From: Halobacteria archaeon | GTDB taxonomy: Archaea > Halobacteriota > Syntropharchaeia > JACQPP01 | Direction: 5' to 3' | Length of the DNA stretch: 64,000 bases | Assembly (NCBI GenBank): GCA_038869515.1 | Contig: JAWCQZ010000008.1 | Span: 12,633-76,632 of the forward strand | Shown here: piece after piece, positions 20,652 through 30,525 of the stretch | Numbering within the stretch: position 1 is the first letter of the stretch | How the letters are laid out: each line of letters starts with the position of its first letter | Position numbers and translations under genes: made by a program | Notes under the pieces: model-generated | What the model was told of the DNA's origin: nothing | The model's input: only the letters and a program-made list of their open reading frames with translations | The model's database searches: none

Positions 20652-22029
20652 ACCCGAGTTTCTCCATCTCCTTCCGAATCTCATCCGAGAGGTCGTAGAG
20701 CCCCTTCGCCCGCGCCTTCTCCCGGACGCGGATGAGGAGGTCGAGGAGGGGCTCGGGTCCGCCCGCTGCCGCGGGGGCCGCTGCGCCGAACTCCACCCCG
20801 AACGCCTCCAGCGCCCCCGCGAAAGCCCGGCCCGCAGCCTCGAGCGCCGCCGAGCCGGCCTTCTCCAGCAGGGGGTTGGCCGCGCGCACGAAATTGTGGA
20901 GGGCGGCGAGAGCCTCCGGGGTGTTGAGGTCGTCGTCCATCGTGGCGGCGAATCGGGTCTCGAACGCGGTGGTCGCCGCCCGCAGTTTGGAGTCGGAGGC
21001 GCCCTCCTTGGAGGCCCGCTTCAGGGCGTCGCCCAGAGCCCAGTGGAACGCCTCCAGCCTCTCCCGCGCCTTGTGGGCCTCCGCGATGCGCTCCTCGTCG
21101 AAGTCGAGGGGGCTCCGGTAGTGGGCCGTGGCGAAGAAGAGGCGGAGGGTCGGGGCGCCGAACTTCCCCAGCAACTGGCGGAGGGAGATGAAGTTGCCGA
21201 GCGACTTCGACATCTTCTGGCCCCGGATGGTGATGAGTCCCGAGTGGAGCCAGTATTTCGCGTAGGGCTGTTTCCCGGAGAGGACCTCGGCGATGGCGAT
21301 TTCGGCGTCGTGGTGGGGGAAGGCGAGGTCCCGGCCGCCCCCGTGGATGTCGTACTGCTCCCCGAAGTGGTGCATGGCGATGGCGGTGTCCTCGATGTGC
21401 CAGCCCGGCCTCCCGCGCCCCCAGGGGCTCGGCCACCAGGGCTCCCCGGGCTTGGCGGCCTTCCAGAGCGCGAAGTCCTCGGGGGCGCGTTTCTTCTCCC
21501 CGGGCTCGACCCGGGCGCCCGCGACGAGGTCGCCGGGGACGTTCCGCGACAGCTTGCCGAACTCCGGGAAGGCGGCGATGGAGAAGTAGACGTCGCCGCC
21601 GGAGGCGTAGGCCGCCTTCTTCGCGATGAGCCCCTCGATCTGCCCGATGAGTTCCGCGACGTAGGCGGTGCACTTGCAGTAGAGGTTCACCGTTTCGACC
21701 CCCAGGTCGGCCATGAGGTCAAGGAACTCCCGGGTGAATGTCTCGGCGATGGTTTCCGGAGGCACGCCGGCCTCCTTGGAGCGGTTGATGATTTTGTCGT
21801 CGATGTCGGTGATGTTCACGATGCAGAAGAGGGAGTAGGTCCTCCGGAGCCAGCGCGCGAGGGTGTCGAAGGCGGCGTAGGTCCGGGCGTGGCCGACGTG
21901 GGGCACGTCGTAGACCGTGGGGCCGCAGACGAACATCGTCACCCGCTTGCCCCGCATCGGGACGAAGGGCTCCTTCTTGCCGGTGAGGGTGTTGTAGAGC
22001 TGGAGGCGGCCTTCGGAGTCGGGGGCCAT
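20602..22029 (-). CDS. cysS: cysteine--tRNA ligase
   Basis: CGPTVYD, HVGH, DFALWK, GRPGWHIE, HGGGRDL.FPHH, KMSKS. Confidence 0.96.
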   Translation of the reverse strand: MAPDSEGRLQLYNTLTGKKEPFVPMRGKRVTMFVCGPTVYDVPHVGHARTYAAFDTLARWLRRTYSLFCIVNITDIDDKIINRSKEAGVPPETIAETFTREFLDLMADLGVETVNLYCKCTAYVAELIGQIEGLIAKKAAYASGGDVYFSIAAFPEFGKLSRNVPGDLVAGARVEPGEKKRAPEDFALWKAAKPGEPWWPSPWGRGRPGWHIEDTAIAMHHFGEQYDIHGGGRDLAFPHHDAEIAIAEVLSGKQPYAKYWLHSGLITIRGQKMSKSLGNFISLRQLLGKFGAPTLRLFFATAHYRSPLDFDEERIAEAHKARERLEAFHWALGDALKRASKEGASDSKLRAATTAFETRFAATMDDDLNTPEALAALHNFVRAANPLLEKAGSAALEAAGRAFAGALEAFGVEFGAAAPAAAGGPEPLLDLLIRVREKARAKGLYDLSDEIRKEMEKLGFKVEDTEKGTKRRPAK

Positions 22030-22030
22030 G

Positions 22031-23056
22031 CTATCCACCCCCCGCCAGGGGCCCACTCTCCACCATCTTCCCGTGCAGCACGCGCTCGACCAGTTCCTTG
22101 TACCGCTCCTTCCCGTCCCCGAAGAGGAGGACTCCCTTGCCCCCGTGCTTTTTCTGGTAGCCGTCCGCCACCCGGCCCGCCGCCCACGACGAGGGGCCCG
22201 CGTCGAACCCCGCCCGGAGGAGGCGGCCCGCCCCCTCCGCGATCTCGTCGTTCGACACCTCGACCCACTCGTCCACCACATCCTGGTGGCGGCGCACGAG
22301 GGCGGGGACCATCGAGGCCTTGAGGTTCCTCAGCCCCTGGGCGAAGTGGTCGCGGTCCTTGGGGGTCACGGCGATGACTCTCATCTCCGGGTATTTCTGC
22401 TTGAGGTAGGCCCCCCACCCCAGGGAGCCCCCGGTCCCGACCCCGATGACCGCGAAGTCGGGCCGAGCGCCCATCTGTTTCTCGATTTCAGGTCCGGTGG
22501 TCTCGAAGTGGGCGGCGAAGTTGTCTTCGGAGGCGTACTGGTTGGGCCAGAAGTAGCGGCCCCGCTCCCCCTCGACCAGCCGCTCCACGATGCCGATGGC
22601 CTGGTCGGTCTTGGTCGCCTCGATGAAGTCGGGGTTGGACTGGTAGTGCTCCGATCTGTCGCGCTCCACCCGGATCAGTTCGCCGCTCTTCCGGTCGACG
22701 AAAATGGTGGGGCACTCCTCCTCCGACTCGATGACGTCGGCCGCGACCTTCCGGAGCGCCTCCTTGGTCCCGGGGGAGGTGTGTTTCCAGATGACCGCCT
22801 CGAACCGGTAGCCTAATTTCCGGCTCAGCAGGCCGCGGGCGAGCGCCATCTGGCCCGCCGAGGCCTCGACGTCGGTCTGCGCCGAGGGGTCGAACTCCCC
22901 GCGGAGGATGGCGCGGCAGACCATGAAGACCGCGGGGCGCCACTTGAGGGAGCCGGCGGGGTTGCGGAACTCCTCTTTCGCGAACAGGTGGTCGTTGAAG
23001 GGGCGGAGGTTAACGAGGGGCGTGCGGCCCACCGAATCGAGGAGTTCGCGGGCCAT
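22031..23056 (-). CDS. PLP-dependent cysteine synthase family protein (atypical)
   Basis: VGRTPLV, KEEFRNPAGSLK, NQY, HFETTGPEI, GVGTGGS; start could be GTG at 23074. Confidence 0.85.
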   Translation of the reverse strand: MARELLDSVGRTPLVNLRPFNDHLFAKEEFRNPAGSLKWRPAVFMVCRAILRGEFDPSAQTDVEASAGQMALARGLLSRKLGYRFEAVIWKHTSPGTKEALRKVAADVIESEEECPTIFVDRKSGELIRVERDRSEHYQSNPDFIEATKTDQAIGIVERLVEGERGRYFWPNQYASEDNFAAHFETTGPEIEKQMGARPDFAVIGVGTGGSLGWGAYLKQKYPEMRVIAVTPKDRDHFAQGLRNLKASMVPALVRRHQDVVDEWVEVSNDEIAEGAGRLLRAGFDAGPSSWAAGRVADGYQKKHGGKGVLLFGDGKERYKELVERVLHGKMVESGPLAGGG

Positions 23057-23141
23057 CACAGCAAAGACGACCACCGTCCATCGGGGCGGCTTGGCCGGCG
23101 GGCTCTAATAAACTTTTCCCGGCTGCGCCGCAAGGCGCACG

Positions 23142-24365
23142 ATGAAGCGGCTCCCCCTTCTCGCCATCGCCGGAGCCGCGGCCCTCGGGCTCGCCCTCGC
23201 CCTCTCCGCCTCCTCGACTCCGTGTCCGAAGCCCGGGACCGAGGCCAACACCTCCTCCCCGGTCCGGGTCTCCTACACTCCGCTGGAGCGGGTCGTCCCC
23301 GCCCCGAACCTCCCGTCCGGCGTCGCCCCCCAGCGGTCCAACAACAACCTCGCCCTCGCCCTCCACGAAGGGCGGCTCTTCTTCGCCTTCCGGACCGCCC
23401 ACTGGCACTTCGCCTCGCCGACCGCCACCCTCTACGTCCTGTCGAGCGCCGACCTCGGGAGGACGTGGGACCTGGAGGCGAAAATCGCCCCGGGGCGGGA
23501 TGTGCGGGAGCCCAACTTCCTCTCGGTGAACGGCTCGCTCCTCCTCTACTTCTTCCGGGGCGGGGTGAACCCGGTCGCCTTCGAGCCGGGCCCGACGCTG
23601 GTCGCCCGGCGGCTCGGGCCCGGGCGGTGGAGCGAGCCGGCCCCCCTCTTCCCGGAGGAGGGGTGGGTCGCGTGGCGGATCAAAGCCGAGAACGGGACCC
23701 CCTACATGCTCCGCTACCGCGGGGAGCACTACAACTTCAGCGGAGGCGCGAAGCCGCTGGAGGTCGAGTTCCTCACGAGTCGCGACGGACGGAACTGGAC
23801 CCCCGTCGACCCGGCGCGCCCCGTCGTCTACAGCGGCGGCGGCTCCGAGGCGGACTTCGGATTCGACCGGTCGGGGGACCTGCTCGCCACCATACGCATC
23901 GAGGACTCCGACCCGGGCGGCATGGGGGCCCGCACCTGCCGCGCCCCGGCGGGGGACCTCGCGAACTGGGCCTGCGCTCCAGACCCGCGCCGCTACGACT
24001 CGCCCCTCGCCCTCTCCCACAACGGCTCCGTCTACCTGGTGGCCCGCCGCCACCCGCTCGGCCCCTTCGACCTCGGCGCGCAGGCCCTCCCCGGGAGCCT
24101 CCAGGCAGCCCTCTACAACGGATTCTACTGGCTCACCCCGAAGCGGACCTCCCTCTACCGGCTCGTGTCGGACGAACCGCGCGCGGAGTGGCTGCTCGAC
24201 TTCCCGAGCAACGGGGACACCGCCTTCCCCGCGCTGGTGAAACTGAACGACTCGACCTACCTCCTCTACAACTACTCCTCCGACCCGGAGGGGTGCGAGG
24301 TTCCGTGGCTGGCGGGGCAACTCGGCCCCACCGCCATCTACGCGACCCGGCTCACCCTTCCCTGA
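23142..24365 (+). CDS. secreted BNR/Asp-box beta-propeller protein (sialidase-like fold)
   Basis: signal peptide; Asp-boxes SADLGRTW and TSRDGRNW; DVREP. Confidence 0.65.
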   Translation: MKRLPLLAIAGAAALGLALALSASSTPCPKPGTEANTSSPVRVSYTPLERVVPAPNLPSGVAPQRSNNNLALALHEGRLFFAFRTAHWHFASPTATLYVLSSADLGRTWDLEAKIAPGRDVREPNFLSVNGSLLLYFFRGGVNPVAFEPGPTLVARRLGPGRWSEPAPLFPEEGWVAWRIKAENGTPYMLRYRGEHYNFSGGAKPLEVEFLTSRDGRNWTPVDPARPVVYSGGGSEADFGFDRSGDLLATIRIEDSDPGGMGARTCRAPAGDLANWACAPDPRRYDSPLALSHNGSVYLVARRHPLGPFDLGAQALPGSLQAALYNGFYWLTPKRTSLYRLVSDEPRAEWLLDFPSNGDTAFPALVKLNDSTYLLYNYSSDPEGCEVPWLAGQLGPTAIYATRLTLP

Positions 24366-25290
24366 CGCTCTCCCCCCGCCTCTTCCATCCCCGCGGGTAG
24401 GTGCCGGGCTCCATGACCACCTTCCACGGCTTCACCGCCACCCCGGAGGCCATGTCCCCCATCCGCTCCGAATCGACCGCCGCCTCTCCGACGCAGACCA
24501 GTTCGCCCTTCGGGGTCAGCACGGCGACCCGGCTCTCCGGGCGGAGGCCGGGAGGGGGCGGCTCCGCGAGACCGGGGGCCATGAGGGGCGCGCCGTGGCA
24601 GAGCGCCTCCACCGCGCTCTCCTTCGCCACGATTCTCGGCAGGAACCCGAGCGCTTCCTCGGGCGACTGGAGCAGCGCCCGGAGGGACTCCGGGTCTCCC
24701 GCCTCCCGCGCATCGGCGGCCTCCTTCAGCCGGTGGAGCGTCACCGCCCGCGCCTCGTCCCACGGCCCGGCGCGGGTCCTCCGCAACTGGACCATGTGCG
24801 CCCCCGTCCCGAGGGCGAGGCCGAGGTCGTGGACCAGTTTGCGGATGTAGGTCCCCGCCTCGCAGCGCACCCGGAAGAGGGCGAGAGGGCCGTCGGCCTC
24901 CAGGATTTGCAACTCGTGGATGGTCCGGACCCGGACCCGTTTCTCGACGGCCGACCGGAGGGGGGGCCGCTGGTAGATGGGGCCGGTGAACTCCTGGACG
25001 ACGGAGTCGAGGGCTCTCCGCTCGACCTCCCGGTGGAGCCGGAGGAGGCCAACATACTCCTTCTCCAGGTCGCCGGTGGCCGCGGCGAGGCCGACTCCGC
25101 GGTCGAGCCAGAGGGGGAGGACCCCGGTGACCCGGGGGTCGAGGGTCCCGACGTGGCCCGCCTTCGGGACGCCGAGGATCTCCCGGGCCCAGAGGGCCGC
25201 CTCGTGGCTTGTGGGGCCCGGAGGCTTGTCGAGGACCAGGAGGCCCCGCTTCAGCAGGGAATCGATGGAGGGGCGTCCCGTCGCGCTCAT
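24352..25290 (-). CDS. cbf5: H/ACA RNA-guided pseudouridine synthase Cbf5
   Basis: LDKPPGPTSHE, GHVGTLDPRVTGVL, QRPPLRSAV, CEAGTYIRKL, PUA domain. Confidence 0.95.
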   Translation of the reverse strand: MSATGRPSIDSLLKRGLLVLDKPPGPTSHEAALWAREILGVPKAGHVGTLDPRVTGVLPLWLDRGVGLAAATGDLEKEYVGLLRLHREVERRALDSVVQEFTGPIYQRPPLRSAVEKRVRVRTIHELQILEADGPLALFRVRCEAGTYIRKLVHDLGLALGTGAHMVQLRRTRAGPWDEARAVTLHRLKEAADAREAGDPESLRALLQSPEEALGFLPRIVAKESAVEALCHGAPLMAPGLAEPPPPGLRPESRVAVLTPKGELVCVGEAAVDSERMGDMASGVAVKPWKVVMEPGTYPRGWKRRGESVREG

Positions 25291-25814
25291 CGCTTCGCGG
25301 CGGAGATGGCGGTGCGGATGACCCGTGCGATGGCCTGGGGGCCCCAGCGGGAGGAGTCGAGGACCAGTTGGTAGGGTTCGAGGGAGGCCATCTCGATGTT
25401 GTACCAGCGCCGGTAGCGCCGCGCCTCGCACCGCTCCCTCTCCCGGACCTGCCTCCGGGCGGTCGCCACCGAGACCCCCTCCCGGCGCGCCACCCGCGCC
25501 GCCCGGACCTCGAGGGGCGCCGTGATCCAGACCCGCAGGTCGGCCTTCGGAATGAAGTGGGCCGCCAGCCGCCCCTCCACGATGGCGTTCCGGTGGCGCG
25601 CCGCCTCGGCGGCTTGGCGCCGGTCCACCGCCCGGTCGAGGCGGGGATCGCGCTCCGCCCGGCGGCCGAACTCCGGGAGGGAGAGGCCGCGCGCCTCCGC
25701 CTCCCTCCGGAACATCTCCCCGGCAGAGATGAGGGGCCAGCCGGTCTGCTTCGAAAGGAGGTCGGCCACGGTCGTCTTCCCGGCGCCCGGGGGGCCGCCG
25801 AGGGTGACCTTCAC
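25287..25814 (-). CDS. cmk: cytidylate kinase
   Basis: GPPGAGKTT, SAGEMFR, VEGRLA, APLEVRAARV; GTGA overlap with the upstream gene. Confidence 0.93.
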   Translation of the reverse strand: MKVTLGGPPGAGKTTVADLLSKQTGWPLISAGEMFRREAEARGLSLPEFGRRAERDPRLDRAVDRRQAAEAARHRNAIVEGRLAAHFIPKADLRVWITAPLEVRAARVARREGVSVATARRQVRERERCEARRYRRWYNIEMASLEPYQLVLDSSRWGPQAIARVIRTAISAAKR

Positions 25815-26725
25815 GCCGCCATCCCCCCGGAAGCCTCCGTCGCTTCCTTCTCCTTCCGCCGCATCCGGTCCTCCATCGCCTTCTGGACCAGGTGGCTGGC
25901 CGGGAGCGTGATGAGCATGTACCAGACGATCCACCAGGGCATGATGCCGAGGGCGAGGTCGTTGGGGTGGCGGCTGCCCGAGTCGCCGGGGGAGAGGGGC
26001 GGCACCCGGAAGAGGCCGCCGGTCCTCGAAGCGATGCAACTCTCGAGGTGGTCGCGGAAGGGCCCCATCTCGCTCCGGTAGGGACAGTGGTCCGCCACGT
26101 AGTCGAGCGCGGGGCGGTGGACCGCCGTGACGTTTCCGCACGAGGAGATGTTCCGCTGCCCGTCGGGGCTCGCGTGGGAGATTTCGAGGGTGGCGTTCGG
26201 CGGGCAGCCCTCCACCAGAGAAATGGTCTCCGAAACGGCCACCCCCGGGGGCGGCACGGTGGCGTAAATCCACATGAAGAAGGGCAGCGAGACAACCATC
26301 AGCAGCAGCATCGGCTTCATGTTCTCGGTCATCATCGCCTGCTGCTCCCGCATCATCCCCATCTGCTCCTCGCGCGCCTTCTGGATGAGGTGCTTGTTCT
26401 GGCTCTTCATCGCCTCCCGCAACTGCTTGCCGACGCGCTGGCTCCTCTCCTGGAACGCCTTGACCTTCTTCCAGTCGGTGAACCGGAACCGGAGGAGGGT
26501 GGAGATGACGCCGGAGACGATGGCGAGGAGGGCGATGGTGGCCTGGAAGGAGTGGGCGGCGAGCGGGTCGAGGAGGGGGCGCAGGGGCTTGGCGATTTGG
26601 CCTGCGAAGGGGAGGAGGACGATCCAGAGGAGCATCGGGGCGAAGAGGAGGAGCATGGGGCGGAGGCTCGGAGCTGGCGGGGGCTGCTTTCCGGCGGGCC
26701 CCTTGGCCCCGGTTTCGGGGGGCAT
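25811..26725 (-). CDS. DUF106 / EMC3-TMCO1 family membrane insertase
   Basis: TM, coiled coil, MKPM, TM, WIVWY; conserved DUF106-cmk-cbf5 order. Confidence 0.88.
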   Translation of the reverse strand: MPPETGAKGPAGKQPPPAPSLRPMLLLFAPMLLWIVLLPFAGQIAKPLRPLLDPLAAHSFQATIALLAIVSGVISTLLRFRFTDWKKVKAFQERSQRVGKQLREAMKSQNKHLIQKAREEQMGMMREQQAMMTENMKPMLLLMVVSLPFFMWIYATVPPPGVAVSETISLVEGCPPNATLEISHASPDGQRNISSCGNVTAVHRPALDYVADHCPYRSEMGPFRDHLESCIASRTGGLFRVPPLSPGDSGSRHPNDLALGIMPWWIVWYMLITLPASHLVQKAMEDRMRRKEKEATEASGGMAA

Positions 26726-26771
26726 GGCATGGGGAGGCCAGCATTCTTAATATCACTTCCCCAGGGTTCTC

Positions 26772-27425
26772 ATGGCTGCCCGCAAGGTGCGATACCTCCG
26801 GGTCTCCTGGGACGACGTGGCCCGCTTGGTCCGCCGGGTAGCCCGGGAGGTGGTGGACGAGGGGTGGCGGCCGGAGGCCATCGTCGCCATCTCGCGCGGG
26901 GGGCTCTTCCACGGCCGGGTCCTGAGCGACCTCCTCGGCATCCCCGCCCTCTACGCGGTGAAGGTGGAGCACTGGGGAGTGACGGCGACAATCACCGGAG
27001 AGGCGCGCGTCGCCGCCCCTCTCTCGGGGCCCGTGGAGGGGAAGCGGGTCCTCGCCGTGGACGACATCGCCGACACCGGCGACAGCCTCGCCCTCGTCCG
27101 GAAGCACCTCGAGGAGCGGGGGGCCGGGGAGACCCGCCTCGCGACCCTCCACTACCTGCCCTCCTCGAAGGTGCGCCCCGATTTCTACGGCAAGACGCTC
27201 CAGTCGTGGGTCTGGGTTGTCTACCCCTGGAACTTCACCGAGGACCTGGGGAACGTCGCCCGGAAGATGCTGCCGGAGGAGGGACTGGGGGCGGCGGAAC
27301 TGAGACGGAAACTGGCGGCCCGGGGATTCGCCTCGGGAGCCAAGGAGTTCGCCGACGCCCTCGCGCTCCTGAAGTGGCAGGGAAAACTCGCGCAGAAGGG
27401 GGGCCGGTGGAGGGCGGGGCCGTGA
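26772..27425 (+). CDS. type I phosphoribosyltransferase (purine PRT-like)
   Basis: VAISRGG, VLAVDDIADTGDS, WVVYPW. Confidence 0.9.
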   Translation: MAARKVRYLRVSWDDVARLVRRVAREVVDEGWRPEAIVAISRGGLFHGRVLSDLLGIPALYAVKVEHWGVTATITGEARVAAPLSGPVEGKRVLAVDDIADTGDSLALVRKHLEERGAGETRLATLHYLPSSKVRPDFYGKTLQSWVWVVYPWNFTEDLGNVARKMLPEEGLGAAELRRKLAARGFASGAKEFADALALLKWQGKLAQKGGRWRAGP

Positions 27426-28273
27426 AGCCGGAACCGGCGGTCGGCATCATCGGGGGCTCCGGCCTCTACGAGGCGGGGTTCCTCGGCAAGGCGAAGGCGC
27501 ACCGGGTCGCCACCCCGTTCGGCCCCCCCTCCGACGCCATCGTGGAGGGGCGGTTGGAGGGGCGGAGGGTGCTCTTCCTCTCCCGGCACGGGCGAGGCCA
27601 CCGGTGGCCCCCCCACAAAATCCCCGCCCGGGCCAACCTCTGGGCCCTCAAGAAACTCGGCTCGACGGCCCTCCTCTCTGTCTCGGCGGTCGGCTCCCTG
27701 AAGGAGGAGATTGCGCCCCTCGACGTGGTGGTGCCGGACCAGTTGTTCGACCGGACCCGCTCGCGCCCCTCCACCTTCTTCGACGACCTCACCGTCCACG
27801 TCTCCCTGGCGGAGCCCTTCTGCCCCGTCCTCCGGGGACTCCTCGCGGGGGGGGCGCGGGAAGCGGGGGGAAAGGTCCACCCGAGGGGGACCTACGTCTG
27901 CGTCGAGGGGCCCCAGTTCTCGACCAAGGCGGAGAGCGCGGAGAACCGGCGGGCGGGGTTCGACGTGGTCGGGATGACCGCCCTCCCCGAGGCGCGGCTC
28001 GCCCGCGAGGCGCAACTCTGCTACGGCACCCTCGCCTTCTCGACCGACTACGACGTCTGGAAGGAGACCGAGGAGGTGGATGTGGCCCGGATCCTCGGGA
28101 ACCTCCGCAAGAACGCCGCCCTCGCCCAGGAGGTCCTGCGGCGGGTCGTCCCCCGCATCGCCGAGGGGCGGGAGTGCCGCTGCCGGACGGCGCTGGAGGG
28201 GGCGGTGGTCACCGACCTGAAGCGGCTGCCCGCCCCGCTCCGGGCGAAACTCAAGCTCCTCCTCGGGCCATGA
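27422..28273 (+). CDS. mtnP: S-methyl-5'-thioadenosine phosphorylase
   Basis: GIIGGSGLY, RHGRGH, AVGSLKEE, EGPQFSTKAES, VGMT, TDYD. Confidence 0.93.
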   Translation: MKPEPAVGIIGGSGLYEAGFLGKAKAHRVATPFGPPSDAIVEGRLEGRRVLFLSRHGRGHRWPPHKIPARANLWALKKLGSTALLSVSAVGSLKEEIAPLDVVVPDQLFDRTRSRPSTFFDDLTVHVSLAEPFCPVLRGLLAGGAREAGGKVHPRGTYVCVEGPQFSTKAESAENRRAGFDVVGMTALPEARLAREAQLCYGTLAFSTDYDVWKETEEVDVARILGNLRKNAALAQEVLRRVVPRIAEGRECRCRTALEGAVVTDLKRLPAPLRAKLKLLLGP

Positions 28274-28764
28274 GCGCGGTCCGGGAGCCGGGGCTCGTCG
28301 ACGGGGCGCCCGCCGACCTCGACCTCCGCCGCCAGAGCCTGGTGGCCGACGGGGGGAACTTCCTCCTCACCATCGGGAGCGGGAAGATCGTCCTCTGGCT
28401 CGGGAGGAAGGTCCCCGAGGCGACCATCGGGGCTCTCCTGCGGGCCGTGGCGGAGGCGGACCCCCGGGCGGGGCCCCGGGAGCCCCTCCTGGTGAAGTGC
28501 TCCCACGGCGAGATTCCCCGCTACGAAGAGGAGGGGCTCCGGCTCCTGGGGCACGCCCTCGCCGAGAACCGGGCCCTCTTCCAGGTCCCCTTCGTGGACC
28601 CGAGGGCGGTCCGGTTCTACACCCGCCACCTCGCGGCCCGGCGTGAGGTGGAGGACGTGGAGGAGACCCTCCTCTGGAAGGGGGGACCGCTCCGCCTCCG
28701 GCGGCTGGCGGAGGCCCTCCGGGCCCTGGGCGTCGAGTTCTCCGCCCGGGCCCGCTCCGAGTGA
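28270..28764 (+). CDS. hypothetical protein
   Basis: ATGA overlap with the mtnP stop; globular-looking 164 aa. Confidence 0.6.
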   Translation: MSAVREPGLVDGAPADLDLRRQSLVADGGNFLLTIGSGKIVLWLGRKVPEATIGALLRAVAEADPRAGPREPLLVKCSHGEIPRYEEEGLRLLGHALAENRALFQVPFVDPRAVRFYTRHLAARREVEDVEETLLWKGGPLRLRRLAEALRALGVEFSARARSE

Positions 28765-28767
28765 GAG

Positions 28768-29124
28768 CTACTCGGCCGAGTCCAGCAACGAAACCTTGAG
28801 GAGCCGCTCCAGCCTCTTGCGGACCGCCTCCTCGGGGGCGATTTCGTTCCGCTCCATCTTCCGGAGGAGCCCCTCCTTCATCCTCGCCTCGGCCGCCAGC
28901 TGGGCGGGGGACCAGCCCCGGGCCTCCCGGGCCCTTCGGATCGTCTCGCCGTAGTTCTCCTTGAGGACGGGGGCGTCGAGGACGAGGCGCGCGGGCCCCG
29001 GCTCCGGGGGGGCGATTTCGGGAGCGCCGGCCTTGAGACAGGCCGGGCACGCCAGCACGGAGGCCCCTCCGACCCTCGCGCGCTTGAGTCCCGACGCCGG
29101 CTGCCCGCAGAGCTCGCAAAGCAT
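28768..29124 (-). CDS. multiprotein bridging factor aMBF1
   Basis: CELCG..CPAC zinc ribbon plus HTH ([11 protein letters not shown]); divergent from pan. Confidence 0.9.
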   Translation of the reverse strand: MLCELCGQPASGLKRARVGGASVLACPACLKAGAPEIAPPEPGPARLVLDAPVLKENYGETIRRAREARGWSPAQLAAEARMKEGLLRKMERNEIAPEEAVRKRLERLLKVSLLDSAE

Positions 29125-29190
29125 GCCTCATTCCCGACTTGCCCGATAGATATATATAACCATCTTCCCCAACGGGAAGCGATTCTTGTG

Positions 29191-30417
29191 ATGGCTGAGG
29201 AATCGGCATCGGAGAAGCCTTCGGACCAGTTGAACCGCTACCTTCTGGAGCGCGTCCGGCAACTCGAGGAGCGCAACCTCAGCCTGCGGGAGGAGGCCAA
29301 GCGGCTGGAGACCGAGAAGCGGCTCATGGAGGGGCAAAAGCAGCGGTTCGAGCGGGAGTCCCAGAAAATGCGCTCCGAGGTGGAGCGGCTCAAGAACGTC
29401 CCCCTGGTGGTGGGGACGGTGATTGACGTCATCAACAACGAGAAGATCATCATCAAATCCTCCACCGGGCCCAAGTTCGTGGTGAGCAAGAGCCAGTTCA
29501 TCGGAGAGGTCCTGGCGGGGACCCAGGTGGCCCTGAACCAGCAGAGCCTGGCCGTCGTGGAGGTCCTGCCCAGCACCAAGGACCCCGCGGTCTACGCCAT
29601 GGAGATCGTCGACCGGCCCGAACTCACCTACGAAGACGTGGGCGGCCTGGAGGGGCAGGTCCAGGAGATCCGCGAGATGATCGAGCTGCCCCTGCTCCAC
29701 CCGGAGAAGTTCGAGAAGGTGGGCATCGAGCCCCCCCGCGGCGTCCTCCTCTACGGCCCCCCGGGAACGGGGAAGACGCTGCTGGCGAAGGCGGTCGCCC
29801 ACCACACCAAGGCGACCTTCATCCGGGTCGTCGCCTCCGAACTGGTCCAGAAGTACATCGGCGAGGGGGCCCGCATGGTGCGGGAGATTTTCCGCCTCGC
29901 CCGGGAGAAGGCCCCCTCCATCGTCTTTGTGGACGAGCTGGACGCCATCGGCTCCCGGCGTCTCGACAGCGCCACCTCCGGGGACCGGGAGGTCCAGCGG
30001 ACCCTGATGCAGCTCCTGTCGGAGATTGACGGCTTCGACCCCCGTGGGGACGTGAAGTTCGTCGCCGCCACCAACCGGCCCGACATCCTCGACCCCGCCC
30101 TCCTGCGGCCCGGCCGCTTCGACCGGATGATCGCCATCCCCCTCCCGACGGTCGAGGGGCGGGCGGAAATCCTGAAAATCCACATCAGGAAGATGCGCCT
30201 CGCCCCCGACCTCTTCGTGGAGAGGGTCGCCGCCGCCACGGAGGGGGCGTCGGGAGCCGACCTGAAGGCGGTCTGCACCGAGGCGGGCATGTTCGCCATC
30301 CGGGCCGACCGGGACCACGTCACCATGGCGGACTTCGAAGCCGCCGCCCGCAAGGTCCTGGGCGGGCAGCAGTCGGTGGCGCCCAAGCCCCCCGAGGCGG
30401 CGGGAATGTTCGCCTGA
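29191..30417 (+). CDS. pan: proteasome-activating nucleotidase
   Basis: N-terminal coiled coil, OB domain (SSTGPKFVV), [19 protein letters not shown]-terminal HbYX-like MFA. Confidence 0.96.
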   Translation: MAEESASEKPSDQLNRYLLERVRQLEERNLSLREEAKRLETEKRLMEGQKQRFERESQKMRSEVERLKNVPLVVGTVIDVINNEKIIIKSSTGPKFVVSKSQFIGEVLAGTQVALNQQSLAVVEVLPSTKDPAVYAMEIVDRPELTYEDVGGLEGQVQEIREMIELPLLHPEKFEKVGIEPPRGVLLYGPPGTGKTLLAKAVAHHTKATFIRVVASELVQKYIGEGARMVREIFRLAREKAPSIVFVDELDAIGSRRLDSATSGDREVQRTLMQLLSEIDGFDPRGDVKFVAATNRPDILDPALLRPGRFDRMIAIPLPTVEGRAEILKIHIRKMRLAPDLFVERVAAATEGASGADLKAVCTEAGMFAIRADRDHVTMADFEAAARKVLGGQQSVAPKPPEAAGMFA

Positions 30418-30525
30418 AGCCCCGCCCCTTTCGGAAACTTTCCCGCACCTGTCCCCCCGGGAACCCCTTCGCTCCGCCGGGACGATCCGGGCTATGGTTT
30501 TTTGAGGCCCCGGAGATGCCTGCCC

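Noticed and set aside
28768..30417. Divergent aMBF1-pan pair, and the DUF106-cmk-cbf5 order at 24352-26725
   Set aside because: Known conserved archaeal gene neighbourhoods, so not novel
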